From the IMG/VR virus record IMGVR_UViG_2706796059_000001: DNA of 64,000 nt, one strand, 5' to 3'. A program made the translations under genes and the position numbers. The notes beneath the pieces are model-generated. The model searched no databases, was not told the origin of the DNA, and saw only the letters and a list, made by a program, of their open reading frames with translations. Shown here piece after piece: positions 54,919 through 63,747 of the stretch. This DNA is from a virus (lineage: Duplodnaviria > Heunggongvirae > Uroviricota > Caudoviricetes > Straboviridae). The first letter of the stretch is position 1, and every line of letters begins with the position of its first letter.

Positions 54919-56632
54919 ATCGACTAAGCATAAACTCAACCGCAGGGGCTAAGATTGTATTGCCTGAGCTTGTTGTATAAGGCCCAAACGTATCAACTGA
55001 AAAATCATCACCATTTAAATTACGCAATCTAATGCGATAGTAACGACTTGAGTTCATATTCAGAATCGTATCAATTAGAAACATCGAACGATCAGTTTGA
55101 AGGTCATCCATTCTGAACGCTGAGGTTTCTTGAGTAAATGCTGATGCTGTTGTTGTATCAGTAGCCGCAGATTCAACCCACGCTATAATTTCAGGATCTG
55201 AACCTCCACCTGAACGGTCTATACTAACTCTTAGATTTATATGCATCGGTTTATCTTCGAGCGGTCTGAAGTTGTCGGATGTCGATGAATACTCAAACAA
55301 TGCCCCTGTTTCATTTGTTGCTGAAAGTGGGATTGTACCTTCAGAACCAGTTGCATTCAATGTAAGAACGTTAGTATCAGTGTTACTTGATTTTTGGAAT
55401 ATGATATCTTTGTCAGATATGTACCCTGCGTCATTACTCAATTCAGAAATATTATCGCCTGCTACTAACGCGTTCGTTTCCAATGCAGTCACGCGAGTGT
55501 CCACTGCGTCTAATTCTGGTTGAATTACTACTGACTCATCTACGAAACTTCGTATTGTCGGTTTGTTCCATGGAACTGATGTACTTGCGTTACCCCAAAC
55601 TACAACATCTACATTCGGATTTCTCAATTCGACTTCTAGTACGTCCTGTGCTCTTATGTCAAACGGTGGTTCTATTAGAACATCAAATTCACCCGGCGTG
55701 ACATTTATAATCTTAGTTTGGTAATATTCTATTGAATTTTTATATACGATTACATCAACTTCCCCATATGCGTTGACGAAATCAACCACGACTGAGTATA
55801 GCGTGCGATTGTTTGGCATCTGGGCGAGTTCCCAACGTGGATTTGACAGTTGTGCCGACTTGTCAGAATATTCAGCGACTACTTCTGCGGAACGAACTCT
55901 AACTATACCAGTATTTCCTTCATCGTAAGTTTGCCATAATGGATGAAAGCTTATATTGTCAATTATATTTGTGACTGCGATGTTTTGACCTGATGATGAT
56001 ATCTTGTGTGCATTTGCAAGATATAAGTCACCGCTTCCCGACTGTACAGCCGCTAACGAGAATTTGTTTGGGTCATATGCTACTGGGTCGTTTGCGCCGC
56101 GCCAATAGTATGAGCTTGCACGACCTGCGAACTCTTGTACGAATACAGGTAGCCCATTTTTCAATAGCGACTTATTCCCTGAAGTAGAAAAGAACGAGTC
56201 TCTTTCTGCAATTGACGCAAATGGTGGTATAGAACCTTCGCCTGATGGGCCAACTGGACCCGGTATTCCCTCGACAATTCTCTGCGAAATCCACTGCGTT
56301 CCTGTGTATGTTTGTCTTTCTGCTACTGTACCCCCGAGCGAAACGTCTTCATATACGAGGTCAATTGATGATGTAGGGTTATTGACGTAGTAAGCAACCC
56401 ATGATGGGTTTGATGACGCATGAGCGTCTCTTAGAGCTATTGCTGCGTCTCTGTCTCCTGTACCTGCGTCAAATGAATTTGGAGTAATCCCAAGTGGGAA
56501 TGGGGTTAATGAATCCTCTGGGATTATTTCCCATTCTTCATCCTTTCGCCCGTATAATAATCCGTTTACAGGGGCTTCTTCGATATATTGTGGTAGTGAT
56601 TGCCCACCGCCGGGTAAATTAATCGAACTCAT
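54917..56632 (-). CDS. fibre/adhesin-like structural protein with a short collagen-like segment
   Basis: 571 aa. The GIPGPVGPSGEG Gly-X-Y run is collagen-like. The protein is Ser/Thr/Asn-rich and beta-rich, on the strand opposite the tRNA island. Confidence 0.45.
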   Translation of the reverse strand: MSSINLPGGGQSLPQYIEEAPVNGLLYGRKDEEWEIIPEDSLTPFPLGITPNSFDAGTGDRDAAIALRDAHASSNPSWVAYYVNNPTSSIDLVYEDVSLGGTVAERQTYTGTQWISQRIVEGIPGPVGPSGEGSIPPFASIAERDSFFSTSGNKSLLKNGLPVFVQEFAGRASSYYWRGANDPVAYDPNKFSLAAVQSGSGDLYLANAHKISSSGQNIAVTNIIDNISFHPLWQTYDEGNTGIVRVRSAEVVAEYSDKSAQLSNPRWELAQMPNNRTLYSVVVDFVNAYGEVDVIVYKNSIEYYQTKIINVTPGEFDVLIEPPFDIRAQDVLEVELRNPNVDVVVWGNASTSVPWNKPTIRSFVDESVVIQPELDAVDTRVTALETNALVAGDNISELSNDAGYISDKDIIFQKSSNTDTNVLTLNATGSEGTIPLSATNETGALFEYSSTSDNFRPLEDKPMHINLRVSIDRSGGGSDPEIIAWVESAATDTTTASAFTQETSAFRMDDLQTDRSMFLIDTILNMNSSRYYRIRLRNLNGDDFSVDTFGPYTTSSGNTILAPAVEFMLSR

Positions 56633-56641
56633 GATATTTCC

Positions 56642-56980
56642 TTAATATACTAATGTGCAACCAGAAATTGAACTGAACCAAATTCTAGTGTTAGTGTTGA
56701 ATAGATTGCCTTGCGCCTCATAGTGCCCGTTGTTGGCAACTAATATGAAATCTTCGGGAAACAACGGCAACGGGTCTTCTGGGTCTTCTGGTCTTGTTTT
56801 TTCATACCATCTCCCGCCAAACGCAATTTGAACGTCACCGTATGTCGCGAGTACTGAAAAATAGTTCCCGTCTCGTTGTTGTGGGTGAGTCATGTCTAGA
56901 TCTGCATAATACTGACCTGCTGGTATATAAATGCTTCTTCGACTTCGCTTCTCAGGGAGGTTAACTTTAGTGAAAGCCAT
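56642..56980 (-). CDS. hypothetical protein (112 aa) co-transcribed upstream of the fibre-like gene
   Basis: ORF with RBS taaaagaggtgtaacATG. Confidence 0.45.
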   Translation of the reverse strand: MAFTKVNLPEKRSRRSIYIPAGQYYADLDMTHPQQRDGNYFSVLATYGDVQIAFGGRWYEKTRPEDPEDPLPLFPEDFILVANNGHYEAQGNLFNTNTRIWFSSISGCTLVY

Positions 56981-57048
56981 GTTACACCTCTTTTATGTTT
57001 ACTTCTGTTATTTATTATCATAGAGTGAACGTATGACATAGGAGCAAT

Positions 57049-57429
57049 GTGATGTACAAAAACAGAAAACGAGTTTCAATTTACAAGATGAAACGTGTCG
57101 CACAAAAGCCTGATGCTGATGTATTCTTTCAAATGAGTCAGTATGAGCATTTGAACAATAACAGCGTTAAGATTACGAATAAGCTAACAGCCTTCGTGAT
57201 TCATGGTCTATTTCTTTACAGAACCGTCGTAGACCGTTCTCAAGCCGATGACCCTCATACTATGTGTGAAAGACTTGAATTCGTCTCACAAGACGCTCTA
57301 TCGCGTTATATGAGCATGGGTAATAGACGACGTAAGCGATTCAGTTTAGATGATGTTCTTTACGGAAATGACCAATGTGCATTCGATAAAGAAATCGGGT
57401 TGACTATAGCTTACTCTAGGTTATTCTAA
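57049..57429 (+). CDS. hypothetical protein (126 aa)
   Basis: ORF. Start uncertain. Confidence 0.4.
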   Translation: MMYKNRKRVSIYKMKRVAQKPDADVFFQMSQYEHLNNNSVKITNKLTAFVIHGLFLYRTVVDRSQADDPHTMCERLEFVSQDALSRYMSMGNRRRKRFSLDDVLYGNDQCAFDKEIGLTIAYSRLF

Positions 57430-57449
57430 ATACAGTTGAACTCAAACAA

Positions 57450-57668
57450 TTGGAGATAGCCATGAGTGATAAAACATTCGACAAGTTCATGTCTGAACTA
57501 CAAGAACAGCAACCTGAAGACAAAAAGAAAAAGAAGCGTTCTGTTAAAGATCGTGTGAAGTCAGGTGCTAAGAAAGCAGGTAAAGCTGCTAAAACTGGTG
57601 CTAAAGTAGCCGCTGGTGCTGCTGCGGTAGGTCTTGCAACACAAGTAACGAAGAAATCTAACGAATAA
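57450..57668 (+). CDS. small Lys/Ala-rich basic protein (histone-like composition)
   Basis: The KKKKKRSVKDRVKSGAKKAGKAAKTGAKVAAGAAAVG segment is low-complexity. Confidence 0.45.
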   Translation: MEIAMSDKTFDKFMSELQEQQPEDKKKKKRSVKDRVKSGAKKAGKAAKTGAKVAAGAAAVGLATQVTKKSNE

Positions 57669-57901
57669 TGAAGAACATTCATCAAAAGACTCATGCTCGT
57701 GAAGGGCGTGGTTCTGGCAATGGGTATAATGAAAATTGGCGCAATGCACCTCTTTGGAAGAACATTGGTCCCAATGCTGAAAAGATTAAAAAGGAAGCAG
57801 AAACTGAAGACGCAGAGAAAGACGAAGAGGTTAAGAAACCAAGCCTCGATGAGTTATCGCAGCGTGAGCGTATGCGCCGTTTACAAAGCATAGCGCATTA
57901 A
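57668..57901 (+). CDS. hypothetical basic/acidic small protein (77 aa)
   Basis: ORF overlapping the previous stop. Confidence 0.4.
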   Translation: MKNIHQKTHAREGRGSGNGYNENWRNAPLWKNIGPNAEKIKKEAETEDAEKDEEVKKPSLDELSQRERMRRLQSIAH

Positions 57902-57925
57902 TCTGAATTGGCGTAACTTCTCAGT

Positions 57926-57971
57926 GGGAGATATGTGGTCAAGGCAATAGGTTCGATTCCTGTGTCTCCCG
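57926..57971 (+). ncRNA. armless tRNA-like minihelix (acceptor stem plus T arm, about 46 nt)
   Basis: GGGAGAT ATGTGGTCAAGGCA ATAGG TTCGATT CCTGT GTCTCCC G. It has a 7-bp acceptor-like helix and a canonical T arm. No anticodon arm. No CCA. Confidence 0.4.
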
Positions 57972-57999
57972 TATTCTATTAACTAAGAGGTGAGCAATC

Positions 58000-58212
58000 A
58001 TGGAAATACTTTCTGAAGAAACACTAAAAAGCATGGAATTGTCTGAAGTTTGCAAAGTACGCAAAACGCTTAATAAATTTATTGCACGTCTGCGCAAAGA
58101 TTTTCGAGACTTTCAATGTAACCGAGTTGATGAGAAATATTATAAAGAACATCTTATGTACTCCACGATTGTAGATCGAATGATCGAAAAAAAGTTACGC
58201 CATTCACACTAA
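58000..58212 (+). CDS. hypothetical protein (70 aa)
   Basis: ORF with RBS aagaggtgagcaatcATG. Confidence 0.5.
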   Translation: MEILSEETLKSMELSEVCKVRKTLNKFIARLRKDFRDFQCNRVDEKYYKEHLMYSTIVDRMIEKKLRHSH

Positions 58213-58213
58213 C

Positions 58214-58245
58214 AAAAAAGCCCCTTAATTGGGGCTTTTATTTTT
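58214..58245. terminator. bidirectional rho-independent terminator
   Basis: aaaaaagcccc-ttaatt-ggggcttttattttt. Confidence 0.7.
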
Positions 58246-58615
58246 ATAGCTTATGTTGAATCATTAGCTCATGTAAACCTTCAACTGCAAAATCATTCAG
58301 CCTATCTAGCTCGACATCTAACTTGTCCATTGCCATTCTTAGTTCATCACTAATACCTTTCTTATAGCGTAGCTTATTGATCAGCCTCTTCGCGTCTAAC
58401 ACGTTCATCTTGATGTGTTCGTAATTATATCGCACTGCTTCATATCGATATTTGTTTTGCTTGGCTTTCTGTTCGATATGCAACAATTTAGTGTGCATCT
58501 TGGCTAGTTTCTTAATGCTGCGCGAGTCAGACCCTGCTTTGTATCTAGACCATTGTCTTTCAAACCAACCTTCGTTTAGGTACTCTTCAAAAGATTTTAT
58601 TTTTTCGTCATTCAT
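58244..58615 (-). CDS. hypothetical protein (123 aa), helical and basic
   Basis: Minus-strand ORF ending at the bidirectional terminator. Confidence 0.45.
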   Translation of the reverse strand: MNDEKIKSFEEYLNEGWFERQWSRYKAGSDSRSIKKLAKMHTKLLHIEQKAKQNKYRYEAVRYNYEHIKMNVLDAKRLINKLRYKKGISDELRMAMDKLDVELDRLNDFAVEGLHELMIQHKL

Positions 58616-58681
58616 GTGTTGACTTCCTGTTGTTAAACCTGTATCATGTATTTATCGGAAATAACTAACGAGAAATTTACT

Positions 58682-59029
58682 ATGTTTGTAATGATTGATG
58701 ATATGCGTGATATCGATAAGTTCACTGCGCCTGAAATTTCCGCAGATCAGAAGCTTGTTTTGCGTACGTATGAAGACGGTATGAAATTCGTCAAACATAC
58801 GAATCTTACAGATATTACTTTATTCATGGACAATGATCTAGGCGGTGCTCTTGGTCATGAGGGATATGATATTCTCTCTCATGCAATTGATCATCGTAAC
58901 TTCCCACGCACAGTTGTTCTAGTAACGAGTAACCCTGTTGCTCACTCTAAGATGACTATAATGTTGATGAACACACTTCAATATAAACGTGTGGGTTCTA
59001 TCTTTATGAGGCAAGATACATGCACTTAA
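58682..59029 (+). CDS. stand-alone CheY-like receiver-domain protein (candidate)
   Basis: Features resemble a CheY receiver: an MFVMIDDMRD acidic pocket, LFMDNDLGG...GYDIL around the putative phospho-acceptor Asp, VVLVTS, and AHSK. The call is by pattern only. Confidence 0.35.
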   Translation: MFVMIDDMRDIDKFTAPEISADQKLVLRTYEDGMKFVKHTNLTDITLFMDNDLGGALGHEGYDILSHAIDHRNFPRTVVLVTSNPVAHSKMTIMLMNTLQYKRVGSIFMRQDTCT

Positions 59030-59385
59030 ACGTAATTTCTGCTGCTGCAAATGCAATTAGAGTCACTTTACCAAATGGCGAAGAGAGGGATATTGTTGTT
59101 GCAGATAGCTGCCATTTTGGTCGAAACATGCAAGGCGTGTTTAAGCTATTGAAAGAACTTGGCTGTACATATGAACATCGAAGCGAACTTGGTGATCGTG
59201 GACAGGGATTCATCAATTATTGTGGTGAATACTTCAATCGCGCTGATGCTTATGAACTCGCGAAAGAAAGCGGTCAACCATTCAATGATGGGTACACGCT
59301 ACCAGATATTGACGGTGATGGTCGTCTGCGTCTCGATAGTTCATGCATTCGACATTTTTCAAAACCAATTAAGGAATATCTATGA
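59020..59385 (+). CDS. hypothetical protein (121 aa)
   Basis: ORF overlapping neighbours in operon-like fashion. Confidence 0.4.
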   Translation: MHLNVISAAANAIRVTLPNGEERDIVVADSCHFGRNMQGVFKLLKELGCTYEHRSELGDRGQGFINYCGEYFNRADAYELAKESGQPFNDGYTLPDIDGDGRLRLDSSCIRHFSKPIKEYL

Positions 59386-59717
59386 GCAATCTATATGATA
59401 TTTTAACTCAACGAGTCAAGCAGAATCGTTCAAAACGCGAAGAATTGTTCGTCGTTGAAATGCGTAAATCAATTGAGCGTAAGATCGGTGGTGTTTCGGG
59501 ATTTCAGTTCCCGATTACGATTCAAGTTAATCTTGAACGAAATGAATGTTGTGATGAAATGATGACTCTCATCAAGAGTGTCATGCGACGTGAGGGATTT
59601 CACAATTTCGATGCACAGTTCGGTCATTATTCTGGCGACCCTCGTGATGTGAGAGACTATTCATATTCTTTTGTGAAATTGACAATTCGAGAAAATAAAC
59701 AAGCGGGGTTTCAATGA
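59382..59717 (+). CDS. hypothetical protein (111 aa)
   Basis: Start overlaps the previous stop (ATGA). Confidence 0.4.
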   Translation: MSNLYDILTQRVKQNRSKREELFVVEMRKSIERKIGGVSGFQFPITIQVNLERNECCDEMMTLIKSVMRREGFHNFDAQFGHYSGDPRDVRDYSYSFVKLTIRENKQAGFQ

Positions 59718-60028
59718 TGCTTAGTCATGACGAACTTTCAAAACAAATTAATCAACGAGAGCAAATAGCTCGTAAAGTTCTTAGCGAACATTATAATGGC
59801 GAGTGTGAAAAAGAATTCACACATGCAGTTGAAAACGGGGCTTTTTTCCCGATTAAAATCAAAGTACCAATTCACATTAGTGATTGTGATAAGAAAGGTT
59901 CTGGTTTCATTCGTGCATTCTTTGAACAGTACGGCTACCGAAATTTACGCACTTGCTATGAATCTGGTGGTTATGTATCTGTTGAGATATACAAAAATGG
60001 TACGAATATCAGTCGTAATTATCGATAA
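59714..60028 (+). CDS. hypothetical protein (104 aa)
   Basis: Start overlaps the previous stop (ATGA). Confidence 0.4.
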   Translation: MMLSHDELSKQINQREQIARKVLSEHYNGECEKEFTHAVENGAFFPIKIKVPIHISDCDKKGSGFIRAFFEQYGYRNLRTCYESGGYVSVEIYKNGTNISRNYR

Positions 60029-60119
60029 TTGAAAAAAAAAGTGTTTACACGCATTAAAATTCGCGTATAATCACTTCATCAAAGACATTTTACAGCAATT
60101 AATTATGAGGAAATGAACA

Positions 60120-61556
60120 ATGTCAGTATTTATGAACGCAATGCAAACAAACGATTCACGCACAGCAAACGGTGCAGTTACTCACAGCACTTCAGGTAAC
60201 GAGTGTCTAAACTTGTTCTTCGGTATTGCTGCTATGCGTGGCAACGATCAGTCTAAAACACTGTTCGGTCGTGCGTTTGCAGAAAACCCAGAACTAGCGA
60301 CACGCATTCTTTTGTGGTCTCGTGATGTTCGCGGTGGTGCGGGTGAACGTGGTACTTTCCGTACTCTATTCACTAAACTTTGTAATGAACAGCCTGACGT
60401 AGCTCGTGCTGTAATGTCGAAAATTCCAGAACTAGGTCGTTACGATGACTTAATTTCTGCTTTCGGTACACGTCTTGAACAAGATGCGATCACAATGTGG
60501 TCGAACGCAATTGTCAATGACAAGAATGGTCTTGCTGCGAAGTGGTTCCCACGTGAAAACAGCAAAAACGGTCATGTGTTCAAGCGCACAATCAAGTCTC
60601 TTGGCGTGACTGCGAAGCAGTGGCGTAAGATTCTGTCGCTTCTGTCTGACACTGTTGAGCAGAAGATGTGTGCGCAAAAATGGGATGCAATCGACTTCGG
60701 TAAGTTGCCTTCTGTAGCGTCTGCTCGTTATCAACAAGCATTCGGTCGTAACGCTTCAGCTCGTTACACAAGCTACATCGAGTCACTTCAAAAAGGTGAA
60801 GCGAAGATCAACGCTGGCGCATTGTTCCCATACGATGTCGTTAAGAGCGTTAGTCACGGTAATGCGTCTGTAGCGAACGAGCAATGGAAAGCTCTGCCAA
60901 ACTACATGGAAGGTTCTGATGAGCGCATCATCCCTGTTGTTGACGTGTCTGGCTCTATGAGCACGCCAATCAACGCAGGTACTGATCATTCAGGTGTGAC
61001 TTGTAAGCAAGTTGCAATGTCTCTGGGTGTATATGTTGCTGAACGCAACGAAGGCATCTTCAAAGATCAATTCATTTCGTTCTCAAGCGACCCGCACTTC
61101 CACCAGTTGCGCGGTAGCTCATTGAAAGAGCGTCTTGATAACATGAATCGTTCAGGCGAAGACATGAGTACGAACATCGGTAAGTGCTTTGATGTTCTGC
61201 TAGAGCGTGCGAAGCGTGCAAATCTTTCACAAGAAGATATGCCAACCAAGTTGCTTATCATGAGTGACATGGAATTCGATCAAGCAAACACTGGTGGTGG
61301 TTGGTACGGTCGCGGTGAACCTGCGAACTTCGATGCAATCAAAGCCAAGTACGCACGTGCTGGTTATGAAATGCCACAACTGGTCTTCTGGAACATTCGT
61401 GGTCGTCTTGGCAACGTTCCGGTTAAAGCTGGTGAAGCGGGTACTGCACTGGTATCTGGTTGTAGCCCATCTATCTTGACTTCACTGTTGGGTGGTGAGC
61501 TTGAGCCAATCAAGATCATGATGAAAACTGTAGGCGTCGAACGCTACAGCTTTTAA
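60120..61556 (+). CDS. vWA-domain protein of the DUF2828-like phage family (possible Ro60/TROVE-related architecture)
   Basis: 478 aa. The C-terminal MIDAS-type VVDVSGSM...T...D fits a vWA fold. The N-terminal helical region has LLWSRDVRGGAGERGTFRTLF. RBS aggaaatgaacaATG. Confidence 0.45.
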   Translation: MSVFMNAMQTNDSRTANGAVTHSTSGNECLNLFFGIAAMRGNDQSKTLFGRAFAENPELATRILLWSRDVRGGAGERGTFRTLFTKLCNEQPDVARAVMSKIPELGRYDDLISAFGTRLEQDAITMWSNAIVNDKNGLAAKWFPRENSKNGHVFKRTIKSLGVTAKQWRKILSLLSDTVEQKMCAQKWDAIDFGKLPSVASARYQQAFGRNASARYTSYIESLQKGEAKINAGALFPYDVVKSVSHGNASVANEQWKALPNYMEGSDERIIPVVDVSGSMSTPINAGTDHSGVTCKQVAMSLGVYVAERNEGIFKDQFISFSSDPHFHQLRGSSLKERLDNMNRSGEDMSTNIGKCFDVLLERAKRANLSQEDMPTKLLIMSDMEFDQANTGGGWYGRGEPANFDAIKAKYARAGYEMPQLVFWNIRGRLGNVPVKAGEAGTALVSGCSPSILTSLLGGELEPIKIMMKTVGVERYSF

Positions 61557-61566
61557 ATAAGTGATA

Positions 61567-61592
61567 AGGGCGGCATTGTGCTGCCCTTTTTT
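61567..61592 (+). terminator. rho-independent terminator
   Basis: agggcggc-attgt-gctgccct followed by tttttg. Confidence 0.65.
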
Positions 61593-61605
61593 GTAAGAGG
61601 TGAAA

Positions 61606-62130
61606 ATGTTCGATTGGGAAGCGATAGAAACAGCTATCAATAACAGTCATCCAAATAGCACAATATACGTTGGGTGTGATAGTAAGCGTAAAAGTGACAT
61701 GATTAGTTACGCGACTGTGATCATAATTCATCTTGAAGGTAGTAAAGGTGCTCAAGTGTTTAAAGCAGTTGAGACTGAACCTGCATACTTATCATGTAAA
61801 GATGGTATCAGAAGTCGATTGATGAATGAAGTATACAAAGCGGGTGAAACTGCACTAATGGTTAAGCCAATGTGCGGTACTAGAGGCTTTGAAGTTCACG
61901 TTGACATCAACCCTGACCCCACACACAAATCTCACGTTGCCTATAACGAAGCTAAAGGTACTATATTGGGATATGTTGGTCAAGAGCCCGTGTTCAAACC
62001 TGATGCGTTTGCTGCGTCTTGTGCTGCTGATTACGACGCAGTTCGAAGGGCAGATAAAATCGCTAAACGAAAAGAACTTAGACGAGCTAAACGAAAAGCA
62101 AAGAAACAAAAAACAAAAGGGCGCAAATAG
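61606..62130 (+). CDS. hypothetical protein with a Lys/Arg-rich C-terminal tail (possible RNase H-like fold)
   Basis: IYVGCDSK...YATVIIIHL...D pattern is weakly RNase H-like. C-terminal KRKELRRAKRKAKKQKTKGRK. Confidence 0.3.
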   Translation: MFDWEAIETAINNSHPNSTIYVGCDSKRKSDMISYATVIIIHLEGSKGAQVFKAVETEPAYLSCKDGIRSRLMNEVYKAGETALMVKPMCGTRGFEVHVDINPDPTHKSHVAYNEAKGTILGYVGQEPVFKPDAFAASCAADYDAVRRADKIAKRKELRRAKRKAKKQKTKGRK

Positions 62131-62147
62131 CGCCCTTTTTTACGGCT
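62118..62147 (+). terminator. rho-independent terminator
   Basis: aaagggcgc-aaata-gcgccctttttta. Confidence 0.65.
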
Positions 62148-62197
62148 ATACTAAATACTGTCATATATTCTAATTTCACATACATGGAATAACGCTA

Positions 62198-63736
62198 ATG
62201 GCAGAATTAAGATCAACTACCGCAATAGGCGGTAAACTAGTTTGGCACGGAGGTAATTTACGATTTGACCCACAAGGTGAAACTGTTCTTTACAACGGCT
62301 ACAAAATTTATACAGAACATGACAAGCCAGACCCGCATACCGATTTAACCGAATCTGTTGTTAAGCGTGCTGGTGATTCAATGTCGGGTGAATTGAAAGT
62401 TAATGCACTCGGCGAAGTAATGAGATTTGATGGTGGTTACTCGGATGGTCAAGGTGACAATCTTGGGGGCGCTGACGCATGGATTTATATAGGTAATAAT
62501 GCATATGCGTGGAATTTGAAATATCGTGGTACTTCATCTGGCAATGACGGCAACGAATTCATGATTGAATCTGATCAATCAGGTAGATACTGGTCGTTTG
62601 ATCATCTCGGTAATATGGAATATTACGATGGTTCAACTCATCGAACTATGCTGCATACCGGGAATCAGTCTTTACTTGACGGTCGATTTATAAATGCGTC
62701 TGGTGATTCAATGACGGGTGTTTTCAATACGTTGACTGCGCCAGAGACTAACGAAGGGTCTAGACAACTTCGTTTCCCTTCATCTAGACCGTGGAACTTT
62801 CAGACTCGCGGTATCGGTGCTGGGGCGGTGTTATATCTTTCAAGTGAAAGTAGCGACAAAGCATTCAAAATCGAAGATAGTAGTCAGATAACTGCATTGA
62901 CAGTTGGTGTTGGTGCAAATTCATATGTGGACGCTGAACGTGAATTGAGGGAACGAGGTAATCGAGTATTCAGCCCAAATAACAGAAACATCACTGACTC
63001 GGTTAGCACAACAAGCTCGACTGTATATGCATCTGCGACTGCCGCTAAGACAGCAAATGATAACGCGAATACTCGTGTTCTTAAATCAGGTGATACGATG
63101 TCTGGGCATTTATTGTTTGATGTGGGATTTGGTATTCGTCGAACAAGCGAGTACTTCTTAGATTTCAATAGTACTGATATTCACATGTCATCTATTGGTG
63201 ACATTACAATTGAAGCTGACTCAAACGACAATGAAACGACTCGTCATTTGAACTTGATTGCTGGGTTAAACTCGTTGACTATTGATGGTGGTGCTCAGAA
63301 CAGTGCAAGTGCATTAAAGTTCAATTCTAATACTGTACTACACACTGGAAACTACACGACAAATCTAGACGGTCGGTACGTAAACGCCGCTGGCGACTCG
63401 ATGACTGGTAACCTGACGATGAATGAAAATCTCATTTACGGTTCATCTACAAGTCGCTATCTGAAGTTAAGTAGTGACACTGAACTTGTTACTCCTGCAA
63501 GCGTGTTTATTTCAGCGGATACCGACTCTAGTAGCACTGTAGAAGCGGTTAATTTAGAAGCGGGTGTTAACATATTAAAAATCAAGTCAAACGCTGCTGC
63601 GACGCATACAGACAATATAACGTATAACGGTAGCGTAGTTCAGCACGATGGTCGAAGTGAAATGAAATTCGACGACGGTGCAGCGTCGATTGTGTATAAC
63701 TCAACGAGTGAATCAATCGACTTTATTTTCTCATAA
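62198..63736 (+). CDS. tail fibre protein with GDSMTG-type repeats (long-tail-fibre family)
   Basis: Recurring AGDSMSGEL, SGDSMTGVF, SGDTMSGHL and AGDSMTGNL motifs are characteristic of T-even gp34/gp37-family fibre shafts. Confidence 0.6.
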   Translation: MAELRSTTAIGGKLVWHGGNLRFDPQGETVLYNGYKIYTEHDKPDPHTDLTESVVKRAGDSMSGELKVNALGEVMRFDGGYSDGQGDNLGGADAWIYIGNNAYAWNLKYRGTSSGNDGNEFMIESDQSGRYWSFDHLGNMEYYDGSTHRTMLHTGNQSLLDGRFINASGDSMTGVFNTLTAPETNEGSRQLRFPSSRPWNFQTRGIGAGAVLYLSSESSDKAFKIEDSSQITALTVGVGANSYVDAERELRERGNRVFSPNNRNITDSVSTTSSTVYASATAAKTANDNANTRVLKSGDTMSGHLLFDVGFGIRRTSEYFLDFNSTDIHMSSIGDITIEADSNDNETTRHLNLIAGLNSLTIDGGAQNSASALKFNSNTVLHTGNYTTNLDGRYVNAAGDSMTGNLTMNENLIYGSSTSRYLKLSSDTELVTPASVFISADTDSSSTVEAVNLEAGVNILKIKSNAAATHTDNITYNGSVVQHDGRSEMKFDDGAASIVYNSTSESIDFIFS

Positions 63737-63747
63737 GGTGAATTTAT

